Shown here: positions 26,604-36,346 of the stretch, in pieces
How the letters are laid out: every line of letters begins with the position of its first letter
How positions within the stretch are numbered: the stretch's first letter is position 1
IMG/VR virus record: IMGVR_UViG_3300023110_002336
Coordinates: 1 to 64,000 of that record
Origin: a virus
Direction: 5' to 3' (one strand)
DNA: 64,000 bases
The notes under the pieces: model-generated
What the model saw: only the letters and a program-made list of their open reading frames with translations
Databases searched by the model: none
What the model was told of the DNA's origin: nothing
Translations under genes and position numbers: made by a program

Positions 26604-29600
26604 TGCGGCTCTTCTTGATCTGCCTTGTAGAGAACATCGGCTTCTAGCTTAACTAGTTCTACGAAGGAAAGGTAATCGTATGGCCAGTTGAACTGGAGGT
26701 ATTCATCATCCTTGTCGGTCTCGGGCTTATCGAGGTTGCTTGTGGGTCTCGCTGCCTTGACCTGTGGCGGGATGAGATCGTAGTAATCCTTTGTTGCCTT
26801 CTGCTTGACCTTGAAAACCATCCAACGTAGGTTGGGGTTATCCATCAAGTTACTTTCATCTAGAAGCTCGTTGTTCATTAGATCGTGAGCAACCTTTGCT
26901 TCTTGGAATGTAATCTTCTTGTAGTCTCTCGGAGCAAGGTTCTGCCAGATGTAGGAGAGATCGTCCTTGTCAAACTCGTACTTGAACTCAAAGAAGTACA
27001 TTACAATGGGATCAATTTCATCAAAATTGATGAAGTCGAATTGTGGTGGGAGAACGTAGCGCTTCATCTTCTGAACCATCTTACGGATGCTCTCGCCTGC
27101 TGCTTCTAGTGAATCGCCATCTTGTGAGCCCTCACGTTCCTTTAGTGCCGCTCTAAAGCGCTGCCTTGGTATGTTTATAAACTTCTTGCGGTTCTTGTCA
27201 TCGTCAGTCTTGGCATTTCCGTAATCTTCGTTTGCTTCAAGAATGTAAGGAATTGCCACAACCGCTTCATATACCTCTCTCTTATCCGCAATTTCTCCAA
27301 GGCGTACCTTTGCGCTGTCTTTTTTCTGAGAGCGTGAGAAGCCGAATAGGTCGCTTAATGACTGATAATCTAGGTAGGCTGTGGAGCCTGAGCCTAGTGG
27401 GTCGTTATTGTTGTATGATGAACTCATGTTGATCACATCATAGTGATATTTAAGCCAGTCGTTTGGAATATCACCAATTTCTAGGAACACGCCTGTATCT
27501 GGATCTGTCGGCATTTCGCCAAACTGGTGCCACATACCACGGGGAACTGACTCGGAGAAGTTAGTTGGGTAGGTAATATTGTTGCTATCTTCTTTCACGT
27601 TCGCGAAATTAAGCATCGGGGTTTCCCACTTAGGCTGAATAACCCAGCGCTTGCCTGCGAGTTCGTTTTGATCTAGAATTGTGTTTCCGAATTTGTCTTT
27701 GCGCTTCTTGGGGACTCTCTCGACACCGAAGAGGTTGAGAGAAGAATCAAGTTGCATTGCGTTCTTGTTGATTACGCTTCCACCATAAATTGCCTGCTGA
27801 CCAGAAATACCACTGCTGGCGTCATAGCCATGGTCTATGAGTGCTCTTTGAAGATTGGAGTAGCCGTCGAGGTTGCTGTCTGCGGTGCCTTCAATTATTC
27901 TGCCCGGATCAACGCGCCAGTATATTGCCTCGGTTTCAGTAAGAATATCTTCAAGTGTATAAGTTTTGGTAGAATCTGGACGGAAAATAAAATCAACCCA
28001 AGACTCGCCGTGGTAATAAGGCGGCGTGTATGCCCAGTTGTATCCCTCTAGTGAGTCAAGAGTTCCACTTAAGAATGCATCTGCATGATTCTCAGAAGAA
28101 TCAGAGTTTCTGCCACTGATAGATGGACCGAACGCAGTTGGACGAGAATACATTGTAAATGTTTCTTGAAACTCAGAATTGTGTGCAGGATCTTGGGGAA
28201 TCGGGAATGAAGCACTCAAAGAGATCACATTGCTTCCGGTGCTGCGAGTTGCTAAAGCGCCATTTGTTGAGAAGTACTCATTATCTCCGGTGGAGCCAGA
28301 TTCACTATTGTAGAACCTTTTACCATTATGAGACTTTCTGATTTTTAGTCTCGCAGCAAAAACATCGCCATCTTTGAACTTGAGTCCATCTTGGATAAGA
28401 TCAGACTCAATTTTGGTGTAAGAAGAGTTCTTCAAGAAGAAGTCGCCTGTCTGTCCAAAGAAGTTCTTTGCCATAAGTTCGTAAATTCCGTCTGAGACAG
28501 AAGTGTCAAGAGAAGCTGTTATATTTATAGAAGCAGAAGGGTGTGGCTCAAAGTCTAAGAACTCAACTTTGTCTATGTATTTTCCGGGTTCGATCATAGT
28601 CTCGAATGGAACACGAAGGTCCCAATAAGAATTTTGCGGGTTATAATCATCCAAAGACACTTCCGAAGAAGTTATCGGAATTAACATGTAGTTTTCAGCG
28701 TCTGCATTAGAGCCGGTGAAGTTAAATGTTGAAATTTTCTTTTTGTTATTGACAACCGGATAATCAACAGCGATTCCAGATTTAATGGAGTTGTAGAGGA
28801 TACCGGGAGAGAAAAGGGGCTGGATCACTGGTCTATAAATTCCAGACACAGAGCCATTAAATCCTCCAACAGTGTTGGTGCCTCCCCCTAATTTTGGATA
28901 AGTAGCACTAAATCCAGCAGCAAAAGAACTTGAGAACTGGCTTACCAAGTCAAGCGTTCTCTGTGCTGGGTAGAAGCCCTTGTAGGGATTGAAGCGAACT
29001 GCTGCCTTACAGGTCAACATTATTTCTTTCGCATTTAGTCCGGACTTATCCTTGATGCTTGCGAACTCTCGCAAGAAGTCAGAGTTAGAATAGTCCTTGT
29101 AGAAGTTCTGCTGTGAACTGCTGATTGTTGTTCCGGGGATCTCAAATGTGTCGAAGTTAAACTTGTTGAAAGTTCCGCCCTTGACGTATTCGTTAATGTG
29201 TTCTGAGATTCTGAACTCTGGAATAATGGCGTAATCTCTCGCAGCAAGTTGCAACTCTTCGCGGAAGTCCCCATATTCATCGAACCAAGGCTCAGATCGG
29301 TAAGAAGAAGTTATGAAAGAACTACCAGACTTGACGTTAATTGTGGCATAAGTTCCTGCTTCCCACAACGCCTCACCAGCACCAATTCCAATCTGATCTG
29401 TAAATGAATCAGGCGAACTACTAGTTTTGGCAAAGCCTGTTCTTGAAACAACCGAGTTTGGTGAAGTCAAGTTCTGCTTTCTAGAATAAAGAGCAGATGC
29501 AGCATTTAGAATTGCTTTAGTAGAGTTAGTTGGGAGATAAATGGGTGTAGATGATTTTACATAAGCCATCAAGTAGAGGTTTTGTAGCTCTCCTGCATTG

Positions 29601-32600
29601 CCCTCTAGCGATGGAGAATCATAGTTAGAAGCTGTCAAGTAATCTGTAAAGCTGGAGCCATTGAAGTTTCCTGTCAAGATTGCTGTTCTATCAATGAAGT
29701 TGTCAGGAGCATCCAAAATCCAACTACTTTGCGAGACAACAAGATTGAATGAGTTTGTAAATGAATTTCCTAGTTCTGCTCTATCGCTACGACTATCTCT
29801 CCAGAACTTGTTGTCGTAGCCAAGTCTCTCGCGTGAGCCGCTTGAGAATTCGTTTCTTGTGGACGGGAATAGGGTTTCAGAGTAATGGATCCAGTTTAGG
29901 CTAGAACCTTGCTGTTGAGATACTTCTAACAACTGGTCAAATGGGGTGAGTGTTGGATCTTCTTTCTCGAACACAAGGTCATTCAATTCGCGCTCGTTGA
30001 AGTAGATCTTCTCGTTGTTGTGTGTTGTCTTGAGGGAAACGTTTTGCCCGTCAACATCCATGTTGACCACAACTGGGCGACCACGGAGAGAAACCGGTGG
30101 TAGTCGGAACTCTCTGATTGTAGTTCCCTTGACTGCTGTGAGTAGGTTTTCTTTGTGTTCTCGGTCCAAGATCGGGTGATCTTTCTGGTGGAGGGCACGC
30201 CAGTTCCAGCCATATGTGTCACCACGATGGATAAGCAAAGCGTTTAGTCTCTCGCCTTCTGCGGGTGTCTGTAGTGCGCCGCTGATTGTTGGCTCGCCAA
30301 GAGTGTTTATGGCAGAACCAGTCTTATCGAGAACAAGCAAGTCCAATCTTGTTGTGTTCTGGTAGATTCCAGATGTAGCAGCAGATGCTGACACATAATC
30401 AAAGAACGGGTAGTAGTTACCTGTGATCTCGTAGTAAGGTGCGATAGGCGAGTTTACCTGCATGAAGCCAGAGTAGCGTGGCTCGCAAGCACCTGTATGA
30501 GTAATTGAGTGTGCAAACCAAGAGTATTGGCGATCAGAGCGTGGGATCTGGTGGTGTAGATTTAGGTTGTCGTACTTTTGGTCGCAGACAACTTCTGTAA
30601 GTGTATTTGTAACAGTTTCACTAAATGTATCAAAAGTCGATGCCGTGATTTGTAGCTGACCTGCTGTTGTGACCGCTGCTTCAAAGTCATTAATGCCGCC
30701 TACATCTACGACTGCATCACCGTCAGATAGATTACCTACTGATGCATCTCCAGTAGAATCACCCATTCTGAGATAGAAATACATGTCACTAGATTTTACA
30801 GAATCTGGATCCCTATCTATGTCGTAATACGAGCCAGAATTATACAAACTATCTTTGTTAGCATCCGAAAGTTGCCCATTCCAGAAGCCAAACTCATCAA
30901 TTAGATAGTCTCTGCCTTGGTTGTTGACATTAGGGTTCCAAATTGTTCCCCTACCGATAGCGTGCCTATGGTTAGAGCCGTAAGTGATGTTAATTGGATC
31001 TGAGAAAGAACCGATTGGGGTTGAGTTACTTGCAGTATTGTTAATCCAAATCTCAGGCTTATTGCTTGAATCTCCGTCCCAACGTATAAAAATGTGGTTC
31101 CATTGATCTCTGGTAACTGTATTAGCACTCAAGTATCTTATGTCGCTAGATTTTGAACTCTCATCAGCATCAGAAAAAGCAATTGCTATTTGAGAATCGG
31201 GACTGTTATTTGTTAGAGAAATCTGGAGTGGTGAAAATTCATCATCTAATGAACCAGTAGGGACATTTAACGAGAAAATGTGCTTAACAACATTGCTACC
31301 GATTGTCTTATCATCATAAATCCAGAAAGAAAAAGTCATCTCTCTAGAAGTTAAATCAAAGTTACGAGTAGATAAGCTTTTAGCGTCTGTTGTGTCTGTA
31401 AAACGTAAAGAATTTTGATTTTGATAGGTTGTGGTGGTAATTGTTTCTACTTCTCTAGCCTTTATGACATTGTTTCTATGAACTTTGTGGAATGATGGCG
31501 CTTCGGTAAACGCATCGTCAGCTTTTCCGGGAGAATTTAAGTCAGGGGTGTTTCTTGGCACGTTGGAGAAGTCAGTGTCGCTCTCAACGTGAGAATCACG
31601 GAAGAATCTAGTAGCATGACGTGCAGCCAAGTTTGTAAAACCAAAGTCTTTGCCAGTGTGATCGAAACTTCTAATTCCTGTTGTCTGAGAAACAATCGAA
31701 GAAGTTACGCCTTGGAATGGGCGACGTGAAGTAAGGTTTCTGTTGTTAATTGTGTTGTAGACTGAGAAGTCACCAGAACGGAAGTCCTTGAAGGCAGGAG
31801 TCATAGACTCGAAAGAGCCGGGAGATGAGAAGCGGTTGACTATGACAGTCTTATTTTTGTAGTCTCCGGACCCTGTTAGGTAGCCAGCGTTGTAGTCGTC
31901 AACGAATGTAAAGTGTCCGTTTTTCCCTCTTTCGATGTCAAGAATAGTCTTGACAACATCAGCGCCTTCTGCTACAGTCGGTAGTGTTGGCTGTTCGTCA
32001 ATGAATGCTCTTGGGTTAGAGTAGCCGCCTACAATATGGACAACATCGTAGTTATGGTTGTAGTTGCCAAGAATGGTTGAACCAGTTCTGTGCTGAATGT
32101 TGCGAATGTTGACAGGGCGCTTGGCGGTTTCGTCGCGGAAGTAAGTTGCCTTCATAGCACCAGTCATGGGGTATGGTGTTTGCCCTTCTTCGTTGGCTTC
32201 GGGGTAAGGGTAATCTGCGCCGACCATGCCGATAGCACCGTCAGTGTTGGGGCACTTGCCTAGGGCAATCTTCCAAGCCTCAGGGCGGTTTAGGTAGTTG
32301 TCTCCACCAGTGTTAAGTTTGATGTGACGAGATTGATGCCCACCAACAGCGTAGTTAGTGAACGGACCCTGCATTGGGCGTTCCATGTCGGGACCATAGA
32401 CATCGTTGTGGAGGTTTGTGATTTCAATGCTTGCTGTTGCTCTCGCGATAACATGCGCGTTGTAGCCAGAACGAACAGAGGAAGAGACGATGTTGAATGG
32501 GAATGCCTTTGATGATTTAACGTTCTTGTAGCCGAGTCCATCTTCCCAATCGCGACCGTGTTGAACGAGAATGTTTCTCTTGACCTTAGCTGCTGGGTTC

Positions 32601-35600
32601 TCGGGAGGATCGCTTGTGTCTTCGAGAGCAACAAGATCATCTGTAAATCCGAGAAGAACGTTCTTTGGAATAAAGATGTTGTCGGTTTGGTTTATTGGAC
32701 CTGCGGGATGTAGAGCGGTATAGGTGTAGTGAATGTCCTTGTCGTCTGTAAAGTTGACGCCGCCCTTGATTTCTCTTATTCTCTTTGACTCGAACACTTG
32801 ACCCTTGGATAGAGTGCGGTACTTGAAGTTTGAGCGTGAGTATTTGACGCCTGCGTTAGTGAAACTTCTACCAACACCGCCATTAGTCTGGTTTGTGCTA
32901 ACATTGCGAATCTGAGTTCTGTCGGAGTCCACAGCAGCATCACCAGAAGAAATTGTACCAGCACGCTCAGCACGCTCCTTCCACCAGTTTGAGTTATCGC
33001 GTTCTAATCCGCTTACGGGGGCGTGGTTTCTATCCCAGTTGTAGCGCAACTCTTCTGCACCGAAAGCAACGCCCTCGGTTGAAGAAGTGAAAGCCATCAT
33101 CGGGATTCTGTGTTGGAACTTAGCACGCTCCAAAACGTGTGATTCTACTGTGTTTAGAATATCTGATGTGTATTCAGCAGACGCTGGGATAAGCTGCCCA
33201 ATGATCTGAGATACAGCATCATCGAACCACTTGTAGTAATCTACGAAACGTTCTACTTCTGTGACGTTTGTGACTCTGCGGAAGAAGACTTCTCTTAGCT
33301 TGTTGAGACCCTTGTACTCCATCCTGTACATATGAACAGGGTGTCCAATTAGGTTATGGAAATCATTAACGCCTGCGAAGAAGTTTAACATCTCCTCGGA
33401 GATTGCGTTATACATACTCTTTTCAAGAACGTGGTGGTAGTTGGGAATTGTATCAACAGAATCAAAAAGTTTATCGTCATCTGTTCTGATCTGAACAAGA
33501 TTGTCCCCGATTACCAACTCTGGGTTGATAAACTGATGCGTGTTGACTTCTTTTTTGAGAACAACGTCGGTTGCGTTAGCCTCGAAACCAAATCCAACGC
33601 CGGGGTATAGATAGCCAGAGATGGCCCCTAGTTCTCCGTATTCTCCGCTTCTAGCCTCGGTAGATCCAGAACTGATATCTGTGACCGAGAAGCCGCCTGT
33701 TCCATCAGCGCCAGTTACGTTGCCGAACTCGTAGTTGAGAGCGAGCGTGTGACGGTTTAATGTTTTGTTGTTATCGTTGTCTAAAGCAGATAAATGTTGG
33801 CTGGCACTAACAATTCCATAATTTTCAAAATCAAACGCATGTTGCTGTAAAGAAATTTCGTCAAGGTATTTCGTCCAGTATCTTGTAGCAGTTACAAGAA
33901 CATCTGATTTGTATTGTAACGCACCTGTGACGTTTGTTCTATGAGCACCAACGAAGATTCTCTTTGGAGACTTGAGAAGATCTTCTGCACTTGTTGCTGA
34001 ACCGGTTACCTTGAAGCTGTTTCTGATCTCTCCAAGCCTCTGATTGTATCCTGAGAATTCTAGGGTGTAACCAGAGGCTGCTACACCTTCAACAGAGCCT
34101 GTTAGTCCGAGACTATCCGGCTTGATACGAACTGAAAGATTCCAATCTTCATCATCATAGACGCCGTGGAAGAGGCTACTTGAGATTTCGCTTGTGAGCA
34201 TAGAAGAAGAAAGAACAAATTTTACATTCTTTGAGTAGTTCTCGTCTCTCTCGGCATAAACGTAGAAGCTTGGGTCGTATACATCGGTCCCTGCTGTATC
34301 AGCACTAGCAGAGTGAAGACCGAATAGCGATACTCTTGTGAAATTGCGATCGAAAGTATCGATAAGCTTGATGAACTTGGGGAATATAACGTCAACTTCG
34401 TGGGTCAATCCGTAGCGAAGTTCGTGAGAATCCAATCCAGAGCCATAAATGTAGCCCAATTGTGTTGAATCAGTAGAACCAGACGAGTAAACAACCGCAC
34501 CAAGATGGTCTTTGTTGTTGAAATTAACAGAAGACTTTTTCAAAGTTGTCTGTTTTAGATTATTTTCAAGTTCATATGTGAAGTTGTTAGCGTAAGTATT
34601 GAATCTTACTAGCTTATCATCGATGTTGAAAGCGCGAAGAACGTTTCTAACAGCCTTTTCGGTACCCTTTGACTTGAAAATGTAAGTTAAGTTGTTGTAA
34701 AGGTTAAGATAAATAAGGTTTTTAACTTCTTCTAGGTCATTCTCGAAGGCTTCGGATTCGTTTCTATTGAGAAATTTCTCCATAACAGTCGCATCTACGA
34801 AGATTTCTGGTGTTTCTAGACCCAAAGAAGCTGGCATGTGCTTCGCAAATGGGATTGGTTTATAGGAGGAACTGGTGTAAATTGGTGATTTGAAAGTGGA
34901 AACAGCCTCGATTTGGAGGTATAATTTGTCAAAATATGTACCAATTATATGACTTAGGTACTTGAAGTTGGTGTTTCCAAGGTCCTCGTGCTCTTCCATG
35001 ATCCAACTTGGCATGAAAGTCGCAAAAGCCGCGTTATTGCGCATGTCATGGTCTGCACCCTTGCTTATGAGACTTGTTTTGAGACTAGATACGCTTGGAT
35101 GGGTAGCATAAATGATAGGGTCAAGGTACTCGCTTGTAGCAGCGCTTGCGGATACAATTGCAGAACCAGTGTTACGAGTGCTTGTGGTGTAGCCGGTGAA
35201 GGTACCGTTAGAAATGCGACCAGAGTAGTCCAAAACTATCTTATCTGTCGCCTCTACGCCTGTTATGCCCTCGTTAAATTTGTAGTAGACCCCAAGGGTA
35301 GTGTTAGAAATGTCGGTGTTAGAACCGCCTCTGACTTGACCAAACCAGTTTCTACCGATCTCTTGTGCTGTTCTCTCAACTTTCCAGAAACGGAACTCGT
35401 CCATAGAACCTGAGAAATAAAGGTGCCCTTCATCATGAGAACCAGAGCCAATGTAAGCAAGGGTCTCTGGTTGTGTAAGAGTGTTTACACCGTCGGTACC
35501 AAGAGTTGTTGTCTGATCGAGAACACCATTGAGGTAGAACTTGGTTGTGATACCAGCACTTGCGCTCTTGAACGAGACAGCATAGTGATTCCAGTTTTCT

Positions 35601-36346
35601 ATAGATGAGGTATCTGGAGTGGAACCAATTTGTTCATCTCCAAAAATATCAGAGTGCGAGGCGCTAAGAGTGGCAAAGAAAGGTGAGCCAGCAGAGTCAG
35701 AAAGATATAAGGTAAATTCGTCACCACCAGAAGAGTTGGTGAGATGAAAGATTGCTCTTTTTTCGCCAGCACCCAACTCATGATTCTTAAGCCAGAATTC
35801 AATAGTGACACCCTTTTGGAAATCACACTTTAGGTTCGACTCTCTGGTTCCCTGACCGTAATCAGATGGCAAACCCTCAGTAGTGTATAAATCTTCATCG
35901 TAGATATTGGCAGTCTCTCTTTGGGAAGACTTTGGATCCTTAAACAGTCCCTTCGTAGAAGTCGAACTGATTGTGTGTGGACCGCCCTTGAAAGAGATGT
36001 AAGAGTTTGAAAAGTTGACGTATCCGTTGGTGCGAGGATAGAGAGTATTGAATATAAATTTCTCAATATCCAGAGACTTGTTGTAAAACTCGTTGTATTC
36101 TGCGTCAGACCCGTCGTATGGATAGAAATCAATGATACGATCGATAGCAGACTGGTAGTAAAGCTCGGCAGAACCAAAACGAGCAAAAGAGAGAGGATCA
36201 TTGTAATCTATCTGTGGCTCGAAAGTATTCTGCTTTTCAGAGATAGCGGCTACGTTTCTTGACGACTCTGCGTCAGTAAAAGCATCTTTCTGGTTTGTGT
36301 CTGAAACGTAGTTTGTTGAACGCTCGAATAAATCTCTAGTACTCAT
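26600..36346 (-). CDS. Giant baseplate wedge-like protein with LamG/concanavalin-like domains
   Basis: 3248 aa. LamG motifs (VTIEFW...WNHYAVSF...FYLNG...MDEFRFW and MTFSFW...QWNHIFIRW...IDEFGFW) and a wedge/tail-protein-I-like motif IFKSKGTEKAVRNVL. Downstream of gp25 and gp6. Confidence 0.75.
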   Translation of the reverse strand: MSTRDLFERSTNYVSDTNQKDAFTDAESSRNVAAISEKQNTFEPQIDYNDPLSFARFGSAELYYQSAIDRIIDFYPYDGSDAEYNEFYNKSLDIEKFIFNTLYPRTNGYVNFSNSYISFKGGPHTISSTSTKGLFKDPKSSQRETANIYDEDLYTTEGLPSDYGQGTRESNLKCDFQKGVTIEFWLKNHELGAGEKRAIFHLTNSSGGDEFTLYLSDSAGSPFFATLSASHSDIFGDEQIGSTPDTSSIENWNHYAVSFKSASAGITTKFYLNGVLDQTTTLGTDGVNTLTQPETLAYIGSGSHDEGHLYFSGSMDEFRFWKVERTAQEIGRNWFGQVRGGSNTDISNTTLGVYYKFNEGITGVEATDKIVLDYSGRISNGTFTGYTTSTRNTGSAIVSASAATSEYLDPIIYATHPSVSSLKTSLISKGADHDMRNNAAFATFMPSWIMEEHEDLGNTNFKYLSHIIGTYFDKLYLQIEAVSTFKSPIYTSSSYKPIPFAKHMPASLGLETPEIFVDATVMEKFLNRNESEAFENDLEEVKNLIYLNLYNNLTYIFKSKGTEKAVRNVLRAFNIDDKLVRFNTYANNFTYELENNLKQTTLKKSSVNFNNKDHLGAVVYSSGSTDSTQLGYIYGSGLDSHELRYGLTHEVDVIFPKFIKLIDTFDRNFTRVSLFGLHSASADTAGTDVYDPSFYVYAERDENYSKNVKFVLSSSMLTSEISSSLFHGVYDDEDWNLSVRIKPDSLGLTGSVEGVAASGYTLEFSGYNQRLGEIRNSFKVTGSATSAEDLLKSPKRIFVGAHRTNVTGALQYKSDVLVTATRYWTKYLDEISLQQHAFDFENYGIVSASQHLSALDNDNNKTLNRHTLALNYEFGNVTGADGTGGFSVTDISSGSTEARSGEYGELGAISGYLYPGVGFGFEANATDVVLKKEVNTHQFINPELVIGDNLVQIRTDDDKLFDSVDTIPNYHHVLEKSMYNAISEEMLNFFAGVNDFHNLIGHPVHMYRMEYKGLNKLREVFFRRVTNVTEVERFVDYYKWFDDAVSQIIGQLIPASAEYTSDILNTVESHVLERAKFQHRIPMMAFTSSTEGVAFGAEELRYNWDRNHAPVSGLERDNSNWWKERAERAGTISSGDAAVDSDRTQIRNVSTNQTNGGVGRSFTNAGVKYSRSNFKYRTLSKGQVFESKRIREIKGGVNFTDDKDIHYTYTALHPAGPINQTDNIFIPKNVLLGFTDDLVALEDTSDPPENPAAKVKRNILVQHGRDWEDGLGYKNVKSSKAFPFNIVSSSVRSGYNAHVIARATASIEITNLHNDVYGPDMERPMQGPFTNYAVGGHQSRHIKLNTGGDNYLNRPEAWKIALGKCPNTDGAIGMVGADYPYPEANEEGQTPYPMTGAMKATYFRDETAKRPVNIRNIQHRTGSTILGNYNHNYDVVHIVGGYSNPRAFIDEQPTLPTVAEGADVVKTILDIERGKNGHFTFVDDYNAGYLTGSGDYKNKTVIVNRFSSPGSFESMTPAFKDFRSGDFSVYNTINNRNLTSRRPFQGVTSSIVSQTTGIRSFDHTGKDFGFTNLAARHATRFFRDSHVESDTDFSNVPRNTPDLNSPGKADDAFTEAPSFHKVHRNNVIKAREVETITTTTYQNQNSLRFTDTTDAKSLSTRNFDLTSREMTFSFWIYDDKTIGSNVVKHIFSLNVPTGSLDDEFSPLQISLTNNSPDSQIAIAFSDADESSKSSDIRYLSANTVTRDQWNHIFIRWDGDSSNKPEIWINNTASNSTPIGSFSDPINITYGSNHRHAIGRGTIWNPNVNNQGRDYLIDEFGFWNGQLSDANKDSLYNSGSYYDIDRDPDSVKSSDMYFYLRMGDSTGDASVGNLSDGDAVVDVGGINDFEAAVTTAGQLQITASTFDTFSETVTNTLTEVVCDQKYDNLNLHHQIPRSDRQYSWFAHSITHTGACEPRYSGFMQVNSPIAPYYEITGNYYPFFDYVSASAATSGIYQNTTRLDLLVLDKTGSAINTLGEPTISGALQTPAEGERLNALLIHRGDTYGWNWRALHQKDHPILDREHKENLLTAVKGTTIREFRLPPVSLRGRPVVVNMDVDGQNVSLKTTHNNEKIYFNERELNDLVFEKEDPTLTPFDQLLEVSQQQGSSLNWIHYSETLFPSTRNEFSSGSRERLGYDNKFWRDSRSDRAELGNSFTNSFNLVVSQSSWILDAPDNFIDRTAILTGNFNGSSFTDYLTASNYDSPSLEGNAGELQNLYLMAYVKSSTPIYLPTNSTKAILNAASALYSRKQNLTSPNSVVSRTGFAKTSSSPDSFTDQIGIGAGEALWEAGTYATINVKSGSSFITSSYRSEPWFDEYGDFREELQLAARDYAIIPEFRISEHINEYVKGGTFNKFNFDTFEIPGTTISSSQQNFYKDYSNSDFLREFASIKDKSGLNAKEIMLTCKAAVRFNPYKGFYPAQRTLDLVSQFSSSFAAGFSATYPKLGGGTNTVGGFNGSVSGIYRPVIQPLFSPGILYNSIKSGIAVDYPVVNNKKKISTFNFTGSNADAENYMLIPITSSEVSLDDYNPQNSYWDLRVPFETMIEPGKYIDKVEFLDFEPHPSASINITASLDTSVSDGIYELMAKNFFGQTGDFFLKNSSYTKIESDLIQDGLKFKDGDVFAARLKIRKSHNGKRFYNSESGSTGDNEYFSTNGALATRSTGSNVISLSASFPIPQDPAHNSEFQETFTMYSRPTAFGPSISGRNSDSSENHADAFLSGTLDSLEGYNWAYTPPYYHGESWVDFIFRPDSTKTYTLEDILTETEAIYWRVDPGRIIEGTADSNLDGYSNLQRALIDHGYDASSGISGQQAIYGGSVINKNAMQLDSSLNLFGVERVPKKRKDKFGNTILDQNELAGKRWVIQPKWETPMLNFANVKEDSNNITYPTNFSESVPRGMWHQFGEMPTDPDTGVFLEIGDIPNDWLKYHYDVINMSSSYNNNDPLGSGSTAYLDYQSLSDLFGFSRSQKKDSAKVRLGEIADKREVYEAVVAIPYILEANEDYGNAKTDDDKNRKKFINIPRQRFRAALKEREGSQDGDSLEAAGESIRKMVQKMKRYVLPPQFDFINFDEIDPIVMYFFEFKYEFDKDDLSYIWQNLAPRDYKKITFQEAKVAHDLMNNELLDESNLMDNPNLRWMVFKVKQKATKDYYDLIPPQVKAARPTSNLDKPETDKDDEYLQFNWPYDYLSFVELVKLEADVLYKADQEEPQ

